A DNA stretch of 64,000 nucleotides from Lytechinus pictus. Taxonomy: Eukaryota. The stretch covers positions 39,866,001-39,930,000 of the forward strand of contig NC_087251.1 of NCBI RefSeq assembly GCF_037042905.1, read 5' to 3'. A program made the position numbers and the translations under genes. Shown here one piece after another: positions 37,914-48,513 of the stretch (position 1 is its first letter; each line of letters opens with the position of its first letter). The notes beneath the pieces are model-generated. The model ran no database searches, was not told where the DNA came from, and worked only from the letters and a program-made list of their open reading frames with translations.

Positions 37914-40850
37914 AGCAAGGTTTCCACTTTACAGCGAGTTACAGCGAGTTTCGTATGAGTTTATTCCGAGTGCGTTGCAATAGCTCAGAGGCATGCCAGC
38001 TGAATGATAAATGTCCAGTGATCTATATTTTCCCCACATATAAACCCCTCAAAAAAAGTTTGAAATCTGAGTTTGGCCATTAATTTCTCCCAACTCCAAA
38101 ATTTACACATTGCATATTTGACATCATTTAAAAGGTCATTCAATTTTCTTTACAATGATACCATGCTTGTTATGATCATGCCATCACGAAAAGAGCAGGA
38201 TTCAAAAGTGTTGGATAAAGTTTGAATTGAAAAGCTGCAAAACGAGCAAAAAAGTTTGGAAATCTGAGTTTGGCCATTAATTTATCCCGACTCCGAATTT
38301 TACACAATGCATATTTGATATCTTTCAAAAGATCATTTGATTCTCTTTTAAATGATCCCATGCTTGTTATGATCATGCCATCAAAAAAGAACAAAATTAA
38401 TAAGTGTTGGATGAGGTCTCAAGTAAAAAGCTGCAAAACGAGCATAAGTAATCATGAAGGGTCAATACAGAACATGATGTTTTTGTCTGTGTCAATAAAG
38501 ATGAAAATCCATTCAAATCAAACCCCTGCTTTTTCATTTCATAATGTTTTGTTGTGGTTTATGTTTGTTTGTTGTGTGTTTGCTTGTGCAGAGGTGTGTT
38601 TGATTCCATTTGAATGTTGATATTAAGGTGCATGAAAACAATTGCTGAGAATCTCACTCATCATCATGGAAGAAAAGAACAGTGACTTTCAATATTGTGT
38701 CATTTTGCAAATTTTGAATTTTGACCTTGCCCCGCATTTCAAGGCACTGCACCTCCATGTGAGCCATAATCATATCATGTAGGGTATCATTTAAAGACAC
38801 TTAAATGATCTATTCATTGATATTAATTCAACTTGATATTTACTAAAACCGAGGCGGGATTACCGATCAAACTCAAAAGAAACCGCTTAAAATACTCACT
38901 CATCAAAGGAACAGTGACTTTCAATACTGTGTCTCTTTGCAACTTAATTTTGATTTTTGACCTTGCCCTACATTTCAAGGCACTGCACCTCCATGTGAAC
39001 CATAATCATATCATGTAGGGTATCATTTAAAGACACTTAAATGATCTATTCATTGATATTAATAACAATTGATATTTACTAAAACTGAGGAGGGAGTTTT
39101 GATTAAAGTCGGATTTCCAAACTTTTTTTGAGGAGTTATTTTAAAGTGAGAGCACATTTTAACTGACCCACGCAATGTACACGTACTTTTAAAAAGGCTG
39201 TTTCCACTGCACTATTACAACTTTCAACAAATAAGGAGAGAAATATGCCTCGATCCAAAAGATCCAAGAGTTGTGGCCATTCAGATAGGGAAACAGCGAA
39301 AGAAGATGACATTCAAACAAGGGTAGAAGAAGTGCAGGAAGAGACAATTGAAACGGAAGAGGAGGTCAATGACGAGCAGAGCCAAGGTAAAAAAACAAGA
39401 CATCAAACTGGACAATTAAGGTCCAAGTGGAGCGCCTCTGCATCACGCTATCCAATATAGAAGTAGTGCTGACTCTGAAAACTATTGTAAAATAATTATT
39501 CACAAAAACACCATTCATACATTGATACAATACTACGTTCATTTACAATAAATGACATTTGACCTTTATCATTTGACCTAAGACTTGTCAGTGATACTAG
39601 ATTACCCCTATATCCACATTTTATAAACTGTATCTAAACTTTGAAAGTTATGACAGTAATATAGTATTAATCTCCAAAATGGCCAAAGTTCAATAACCTT
39701 AAATGACCTTTGACTTTGGTCATGTGACCTGAAACTGACATGAAATGTTCGGTGATACTTGACTACTCTAATATCCAAGTTGATGAATCATATCCATAAG
39801 CTTTCAAAGTTATGATGGTAATTCAACAAATACCCCCAACATGGCCAAAGTTTATTGACCATAAATGACCTTTGACCTTCGTCATGTGACCTGAAACTCG
39901 CACAGGATGTTCAGGAATACTTGATTACTCTTATATCTAAGATTCATGAATCAGATCTATAAACTTTTAAAGCTATGATGGTAATTCAACAGATCACCCG
40001 AACATCACTAAAGTTCATTGACCTTTGACCTTGGACATGTGACCTGATATCCGCACAGGATGTTTAGTGATACCTGATTACTCTTATGTTCAAGTTTCAT
40101 GAATCAGATTCATAAACTTTCAAAGTTATAATGTTAATTTAACAAATACCCCAATTGGCCAAAGTCCATTGACCCTAATTGACCTTAGTCATGTGACTTG
40201 AAACTCAAGCAGGATGTTTATATACTTTAATAACCTTATGTCCACGTTTCATGAACTAGGTTCATATATTTTCTAAGTTATGATGACATTTCAAAAACTT
40301 AACCGTAGGTTAAGACTTTGATGTTGATTCCCTAAACATGGTCTACGTTCATTGACCATAAATGACCTCTGACCTTGGTCTTGTGACCTGAAACTCGAAA
40401 AGAATATTTTGTAATGCTTGATAAACCTTATGGTCAAGTTTCATGAACTAGGTCCAAATACTTTCTCAGTTATGATGCCATTTCAAAAACTTAACCTTCG
40501 GTTAAGATTTGGTGTTGACGCCCCCTCCGCCGGCATCCATCTTTGAGTGCCCACCCCTAGGTCGTATGAAACTCTTATCACTCGTAACAAAATCTTTATA
40601 ACTCGTTCATAGCTCGCTTTAAGTCGTATAAAGGTCACCGCAACTCATACTAAGCTCGGCCTGACTCGTTTCGCGCTCGGTTCACTCGTACAACGAGCGT
40701 AGTGAACTCGATGTTGAGTCGTTTGTCACTCAAGCAAATTCCAGGGAAAAATGTAAATTTCACGCGAGCTTGTGCGAGCTAAGGCGAGTTAGAGCTCGCG
40801 CAGCTCGCGTATGACTCGCAACTCCAACTCGCCAAAGTGGAAACCTTGCT
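37914..40850 (-). mobile_element. PIF/Harbinger-like element B, inverted near-identical copy of A
   Basis: Reverse complement of 34531-37455. Flanked by TAA at 37911-37913 and 40851-40853. Lacks ~430 bp of one subterminal region. Confidence 0.8.
39245..39460 (+). pseudogene. Truncated N-terminus of a probable transposon protein (basic then acidic); mirror copy at 35937..36152 (-)
   Basis: MPRSKRSK..EEVQEETIETEEE..KKTRHQTG has protein-like composition and is cut at ~39424 by the DINE-like insertion. Identity as a Harbinger Myb/SANT-like ORF is a guess. Confidence 0.4.
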
Positions 40851-42094
40851 TAAGCGGACCCAACTTGATATGATGTCATAATTAAGATATTATACAATAT
40901 TTTTTATTCTATTTACACAAAGTAGCCACTCGGTTTTTGCAAGCCCTTTTCCAGCGGTTGGATGCATTTTAATAATAATATTAATAATGATTATTCTTTT
41001 TAACCTACATGTATATAGCGAAACCACCACAGAAGATCTTGGCGTTCTTGTACTGACACTTAAAAAAACCATAGGCAATAACTTTTTTTATAAAGCCTTG
41101 GGAGTACCCCCTTAATTGTGCCCCGCGTACATAATATCCTTTCTTTTCGTTCTTTCAGAAGTCGAGCGGATGATCAAAATTAAAAAAATCCATTATTATT
41201 TATTAATTATTTAATACAAGTGCATTTCTGTTTTCTCCACTTCTGATATATTTTTCCCTTTTCTTTCTGGATGCATTTATATGAACAATGATTCTTTTTT
41301 TTTTTTGTTCATCAAGATAAACCACTTCAGCTGGTATGGGCCGTCTTCTATATAACTTTTAACTTCTGATCTTTATTGCCTTCTCTTTTCAGGCTTGATA
41401 CTTTTTAAACATGAATATTTATAATGTCTCTTATTTTCCAGGTTAGACAGTTCCGTTTTGAGAGTTTTTTCCAGCGACCCTGCTATCATTACCATTAACA
41501 ATGTATTTTTTTATGTAAGGTAACCTTTTCAGATTATTATTGACGTTCTTTTCTCTGTCTTACTAGCACCCCCTAACCATGCTTCCGTGTCCTACTAACA
41601 CGATATGCTTTGGTCTCTTTCCCTCATTCTTAGAAGCAGGGCGGCTGATACAAAAACAAAAGTCCAATATTATGTGCTGATTGAAAATTATAATTGATTT
41701 ATTATGCTATTCAAGTGTACTTCGGTTTTTTTATACGTCTCATTTTTCCAGACTTGTTTTATTTCCTTTATTACGAAGTGAATCCACTTCAACTGATGTT
41801 GGTGGTTTTCGATTAATCCTTCTTACATTAGTGATGACCGTTATTTTTCGCTAGCATTTGTAAGATAATCATTAATAAAGAACATTATTTTCTATGGTGT
41901 ATACAATTTAAGCTTCAGTCTTCCACCGGCTATGCTAATGTATGTTATTGTTTCTCTTCTTTCATTATAGAAAAGCAGTGTTGCTGAAAAGAATGGAAAA
42001 GTACACTACAAAATTTATCTTTAAATCATATATTTCATGTATCTTTATCAAATAATTGATTTTGGCATGTAATTTTCGTAACTTGGATTATGTT

Positions 42095-42391
42095 TATTAT
42101 TATTAATTGTGGCTACTTAATTAGCGCACAGGTCCACCTTTCGGTGCTCATGGCGCTTTAAAAAGGGCCCTGCCATTATTATTACCCCGGCTAAGATAGG
42201 CAACCGATTCAGGCGCACACAGCTTTTTTTTAGGAATTACTTCCTGCCGGTACCCATTTACATCACCTGGGTCGAGTGCAGCACACAGTGGATGAATTTC
42301 TTGCTGAAGGAAATTACGCCATGGCTGGGATTTAATCCCACGTCCTTCTGTTTCAAAGTCCGGAGACTAATCCACTGGGCCACAACGCTCC
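42095..42391 (-). mobile_element. tRNA-derived SINE (copy 1 only)
   Basis: The minus strand begins GGAGCGTTGTGGCCCAGTGG (A box), followed by GGGATTAAATCCC (degenerate B box), a CCCAGGTG..TAAATGGGTACC core and a (TAA)n tail. Absent from copy 2 at ~53225. Confidence 0.85.
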
Positions 42392-45300
42392 ATGAGTGTT
42401 ATTATTCTCTTTTCAGGCTTGATACATTTAAACATTAATGTTGATAACGACTCTCTTTTTACTAAGGATAACCACTTCAGCTTTTAAAGGCGGTTTTCCA
42501 TCTTTCTTACTAATAAAATGAAATAAGATAATATATTGCCTTTCTCTTAACAGTAATTCTTATTTTTGATCAGGTTAGTCAGTTCAGCTTTTAATAGTGG
42601 ATTTCCAACGCCTTTGCTGTCATTGCTATTAATAGATTAACATTACACTAAATTTAATTACCTATATGTACTACTGGTTGAGTTCCAGCGTACCCTGCTA
42701 TTAAACATGATACGAATTATTACCTTCTTTCATTCTCAAAAGCAGAGTGGCTGATTCAGAGACAGAAAGTCCCATTTAACAAAATATTTTTTAGCAAAAT
42801 ATGTGAATACAGGGTTAGGATTCTCGTGAGATCTGAAACTGTGGCCCGCGGAACAATTTTGTGCCACCCGCCAAAACTTCGAAGGTGATCAAGGTAAGTA
42901 GTTTGTTAGTACTCTTTTCAAACATATCAGATTACTTTTGTATTTACTAATGTGAGGGAAAGATTTCTTATCCAAACATTTCTCAAGACTCGCCTGAAGC
43001 TTGTACTTAGATTTTGATCCGTTCCCAGAACCTGTGTTAAGTAACATTTACTTGCATAGATCTTGTTCATCTCCAATCATGCCATTATATCTCAGAGAAC
43101 TAGAATTCGTTTCGTTCTGAATTTATATAGAAAAAAAATGGAAGTTAAATTACATCGGATATTATATATTTGTCTCCATCCAATATAACGATTTTCATGA
43201 TTATGTTCTCTTCTTAAAAAAAAAATCTTATCTGTATGTTTTATTACTTTCACCTTGCACAGGCGTATATATGGGGCGGAGGGGGGGGGGGCTTGATGCC
43301 CCTCAAAAGTTCAACGATTAAGAAAGACAAGGAAAATAAAGAGAGGAAACGAAAGAAAAAATGAAAATGGTAACATCAATTTATGAATATTATGTCTTGA
43401 TTTATAGGTCACAAAATTGTATTTTTATTTTAAAAGTTTTAGATTTTGCTGGTCAACTTATGGGGAATTTTGCTCCGTAGGTCATGCCCTTTCCCTCCTT
43501 TTTTGGTCAACCAAAGGCCAACTGCTAGTCGACCAGGATCCATATTGATAAAACCGTAATAAGTCCAGGAATCAACTAAATCTGCAGTTTCCTAATTGTG
43601 CCCTAAATACTGCATTTTGCTAATTGCACATTTTGTTAATCAACCCAAAATTTTCAACTTTACGGTATGTGCCCGAATACTGGCTGAAGCCCCCCCCCCC
43701 CCCCGTTGGTTTGTGACACCTTTTGGTACCGGTATTCATAATGATTTTGCATTGGTCTTAATGCTATTTTTTATTTTCTTTTTAATTTTACAGTTTTCAC
43801 AGAAATAAAAATCTATTGAAGCTATCTGGGGCCTTTTTTCTCGAAATATAGACATGGAGATTGAATGAAAAGTACCATGAACTTTTCCACAATAAAGACT
43901 CAATTCCCGGAGAAATTTGTGCCCTAATTTACTTATCATTGCCTTCACTTCATCCACCACGCCTCCTCCGATGTTGAACTTGAGAAATATAGCCTGGTGA
44001 CTGCAAGTGCCAAGTTCTGGATAAATGGCTATCACTTTATGGACAGGATACTTTCAGAAGAACTCAAGACGCAGGATCAGTCAAAAATTTCTTTTTGGAC
44101 GGATCCCTATATTTTCCGTGCGCGGACTAGACACTATTTTTAAGGTAGAACTTCGCAGAGACTAATCCGAACCTCACGGGGGGTTTGTTGATGGGTCTCT
44201 GGACGGTTGTTCTCCCCTTGATTTATTAATTTGAACTTGTGAACATCAGCGGACAGAGACTTGTTTGAGGAGCTGCGGAGAAATATTTAAAACACTGGAT
44301 CTTAGAGGGAAATTTTGTTTGGAGCTGAAATCATGTTCCTGTGGACATGGATGCATGCCAATATCAGAGAGAGGACAGATGTCAGACTGAACATTTGTAT
44401 GAGTGAGTCATTTTACCCCTAGAACAACACGGCAATATTACTTACTGATCTTAATGAAACTTTGACATTTATGGATATGGGTTCCGGTTTGGTTTTAGTG
44501 CCAGGATTTGTAGAGTAAGTTAATTAGGCAAAATGATAGGGTCCCCATATGAGCCTGACCGAAGCTTGATCTTAGCCCATCTCCATAAATGTTAATGTGT
44601 CATATCAAGAAGATTGCTGTGTTGTCACCTACGGGTAATCAAATTCATTTAATATTTTTTAATGAATATGTGCCGAAAGCTTTACAACTTTTTTTAAAGA
44701 AAAAGGTTGTAAGGCTTTCCCCCCTACAAATCTCATTGAATTGTTAGCGAGGATTCGGCGTAATTCCTTACAGGGGCGGTGCCGGCAGTGAGGGGGTGGA
44801 GAAGTTGCCTCTGAATTTTGTTTAAAGTACTTAAAGGAAATTACAAAAGAGAAGAAGAAAACAAAAACGAATTAAACAAAATCGAAATATCGTATTAGTT
44901 CCTTGAACTCCATTAGAACACTATTATTCAAATGGAAAAAACTGACGTCACCTCTTGGTCGTCTTGCACTTTCACATGCCAAGAATTATGGTAGGTGAAA
45001 TTATCGTAGAAAGCATTAACGACATACGATATTCGGGCGTTAATCGATTTCGAATACGAAAGGCATTACGTTTGCCCTCGTAGGAACATCCGTTACGAAC
45101 GTTTAAAAGGTGAGATATATTACATTTATTTTGTATGTTCGATTATTTTTTTAATTTTTCGTTTGATTGATTTGGGGCAGCTTGCTGCCCAATTTACTTC
45201 TTAGTACAGGAGGAACTAAGTGCTGAGTAAGTACTTTAGTGTAATATTGATAGCATGCCAATTATATCCTTTTCTGAATTTCCATACAATTTCTACTTTA

Positions 45301-45917
45301 CTTGGGATAATAGTGTGGTTCAGTGCACAGTCCAATAGCAGATTGAGTTGTAAACCATGGAGAATTATTTCCCATGGTAATCCTCAATAAGTCAAGTGTG
45401 AGTGCGAATGGATGGATCATGAATAGGCATATCGATATAGAAACTGATAAAGAACCAAAATTTAAGGTAAAAAAGACCAATGATTAGAATACTTTAATAT
45501 TCCACTTCTTCCTACATGTAGATATGCTCAGATTGTTTTTGTACAATTTCCGTAATTCTTTTTGGACAGTTAATAGTTCTAACAATTGCCAGTCCCATGC
45601 AATAGCTATAGTAATAGATCTAGACATCGTTACCATTATGGACATCATGTGTCGTGTAGACAAGACTGATATGGGCCATCCATCCGTTTCATATTTTTGT
45701 TATTTTATACGGGAAATTAATACTGTACTATACCATAGTTGCTGGTCAAAGGATCGTTGGTTTTGAATGGGGAAGGACCATTATATGCGCTTATAAGGAA
45801 CAAATTGTAACAATCGTATAAAACATAGGCCTAACTTTTTCTATGTTATTATATCTAGATGAAACATTCGTAAATAATTAGCAACCTGAAATGTTTACCG
45901 CATGGAGATGATGATTA

Positions 45918-46003
45918 GCAGGGCCCGCTGGTAGAACAGTTTTCGAAACTGAAGTGGCTACCCTGGGTAAATATACCTATATTATTATTATTATTATTAT
46001 TAT
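45918..46003 (+). mobile_element. Short retroposon 3'-end insertion with (TTA)n tail (also at 56908-56993)
   Basis: GCAGGGCCCGCTGGTAGAACAGTTTTCGAAACTGAAGTGGCTACCCTGGGTAAATA plus (TTA)n. Empty site in copy 1 at ~27695. Confidence 0.7.
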
Positions 46004-46243
46004 GATATCGATAACAACGCCGGTTATTGTTCAATTCAGTTCAATTCAAGAATGGCATTTATCGATGATTATGCAAAATTGTACATGAATTAAGCTGCAG
46101 CTGTAGCTTTCTAGTTTAAAAGGTTGTTGACACAATATATAAATATCATAATGAATATATTTTAAAAGTTATATGAAAATTTATGTAAAATGTAATGAGG
46201 AAAGGACAATGTTGTTTTATTTTGTAGATCTAGTGCATAATCC

Positions 46244-47016
46244 TTTTGAATAAAACATTTATTTTTACAGGTATCAAACTTTGGAACTCTCTTACAGAAT
46301 CATTACGTAACAAACCAACACATTTAAGTTTCAGTCGAGGGTTAAAGAAAATTCTTATTCTTGGGTATAAACCCCAGAACTCAAACATTTCTGTGTAAGC
46401 AGCTACCACATCTTCTTCTTCTTCCCTTCTTATTTTCTTCTTTCTTCTCTTTCCTCCTCCCTCTTATATTTCTTTTGTTCTCTCTCTCTTCCTATCACCT
46501 TTAATGTCTTTAATGTTGCTTTTCTTATTTTCCTGTTTGTCTATGTTTTGTAGTGTGTTTTGTTTTGTTTCTGTTCCCTTTTTTTGCTGTCTTGTCCTGT
46601 TGTGGTTTGCGTGCCTTCTTTGTTTTTGTTTTTGTCTTTGTTTTGTTTTTAGTATTCGTTCTGTCTTTTCCAAGTGATTGTTTGTTCATACACTCCTGAA
46701 CTCATGGTTTTTTTTTATACAGCAGGGGTATAATATAATATTTTTTGTCAATTTTAACACAGTACACATAAAAAGCTTGACCCCAGTAGTATTCTTTTTC
46801 ATTGTATAAACCTTTTTAATTTACGATTTGAATTTCACTGATCAATTACATACTTTAATCAACTATTTATTGCAGGGAACCCATAATAACAAGCTTTGCT
46901 TTCCAGTGGGTTCCCTTTTTTCATTTCTGTATATTATATTTTGTGTTTTACTATACATTGTAACTTTTGTTAAAATTTGGAATGAAAAAGAATAAATGCA
47001 ATCAATCAATCAATCT
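46244..47016 (+). mobile_element. 5'-truncated LINE 3' end with (CAAT)n tail (copy 2 only)
   Basis: Absent at 27933 and 57232. Terminal stem GGGAACCCA..TGGGTTCCC, then AATAAA and (CAAT)n. Confidence 0.65.
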
Positions 47017-48513
47017 TCACATTCAGAAATAATTATCAGAATCGAGATTTTGATTTACATGGATTTATTGTGTTTATGTTTCAGGTAAGGAATACCCCAA
47101 AAAATTTCTACCAAGCATTAGCAAGGTGGTATTTGGACGGAAAAAACAACATTCGCGGCTTTCGTTGTCTTGCCAACCTGAGTGACTTGAAACCTCAGTT
47201 ATCATGGTCATGTATACCCGGAGAACAATATAATTGTATCACTTCATGATCTTAATGAATCTATGGATGTTGTCGAGCTGGTTTATGAGGCGAATATTAA
47301 TGCCATGGTTTGAAGAAAAGTCACACATCTAAGGCCTTAGTATAGGGTCTTGACTAAATTTGCTCGGTAAATTTATAATATCATGTCAAGAAGATTACTG
47401 CATTATCGTCCGAAGGTTACTTATTCTTAACACGACTGGGATAGTACGACTATTCCTGAAACGGCTAGAGGTGGCGCTTTAGTTTAAATCGTCTTCTTCA
47501 TCATGCTCAATACTTAGCACCGATCACCTCGTTCATTTGAATTATCGCGGTAAGTTTTATTTCACTATTACTCTTATTGCAATGTCTTTGTATATATCAA
47601 TCAATGATACCAGTCTATATCGTATAATTCGTTATTAACATTGCTGTTATTCAATTGTCGTAATTTTGATTTGACACTTTATTACAGATCCACATTTTGT
47701 TTTAATTCAGTAAAGTGGTGGAGACATAGTTTTTCACAATATTACCGTTGATTCTATTATTAAAGGGGCTTTAGACAAATTAGGTACTTAGAAATAATAA
47801 AGTCAATGATGAAAATCAAACTAGCAACGACATCGGTTTAGTATATGTTTTTCTATCGATATATCTAGAACATAAGGATGATCATTATCAAGTGACAACA
47901 AACCATAAGGTTTGTATAATTATGTTAGATCTAAATACGGTGCGTGGTTTATGTATAATTAAATGCCAAACAGTCGTCAGAAACAAACTATTTTCTATTA
48001 TTACTATTTTCTTGTTTATGTTTCAGATGTGGAATGTGAATAGGGGTCTGCATCTTCACGCGCTTTGAAAGAGAAGCTTCTGCAACCATATCGACTGGCA
48101 AATACCCTCTTGAAAATCTAACAAGCTCCGCGAGAGTACTTTTCCTGTGGATCAATTATACAGCAGTTTTTTCACCGATATCCAACATAGCTCATACAAC
48201 CAAAGAGGTTTAATACAGCTGAACAATTTATCTCATCCTTAGAAAGGGATGAAAACTAATGTAATATACCAGATATTTGGTATTCTGGTAGGGTATGGTT
48301 GATTGTGGGGTAGACTATTTTGGTTGATAACTCGTAATGAGTAATGACGATATATACACAACCTGTAAAAAAATGTAACGAAGTGTGAGGATTTTAGTTG
48401 TAATGTCAGATTGTTTGAGAGCCAGGATATGTATAATGAGTATTTTATTCCACAGGTTTCCTTCTAGCAGCGATTTGTCCAAACTAATTTAATTTAGTAA
48501 TCTTTTGAATCAG

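Larger units (their letters stand above)
25575..42893 (+). ncRNA. Putative spliced non-coding transcript or decayed gene, copy 1
   Basis: Candidate exons: 25575-26173, 27004-27020, donor 28576, acceptors 29046/29534 to donor 33793, 34223-34332, 41971-42000 and 42813-42893. Splice consensus is retained in the other copies. No conserved ORF and no expression evidence. Confidence 0.45.
25443..43660 (+). repeat. Tandem segmental unit, copy 1 (includes a 6.3-kb transposon pair and a SINE)
   Basis: Collinear homology with 43661-54511 and 54512-64000; the same short ORFs recur (e.g. 34253, 51760, 63753). Confidence 0.92.

Noticed and set aside
36379-39018. Mirror-image ORF pairs (36379/38833, 36777/38270, 37022/38176) as duplicated genes
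   Set aside because: They are a by-product of the inverted transposon pair and have no protein-like features.
39230-39247. Shine-Dalgarno-like AAGGAG before the ATG at 39245
   Set aside because: A short purine run inside a eukaryotic transposon, with no other prokaryotic signal.
42320-42391. tRNA gene
   Set aside because: The B box is degenerate, there is no acceptor-stem closure, and it continues into a SINE body and tail.
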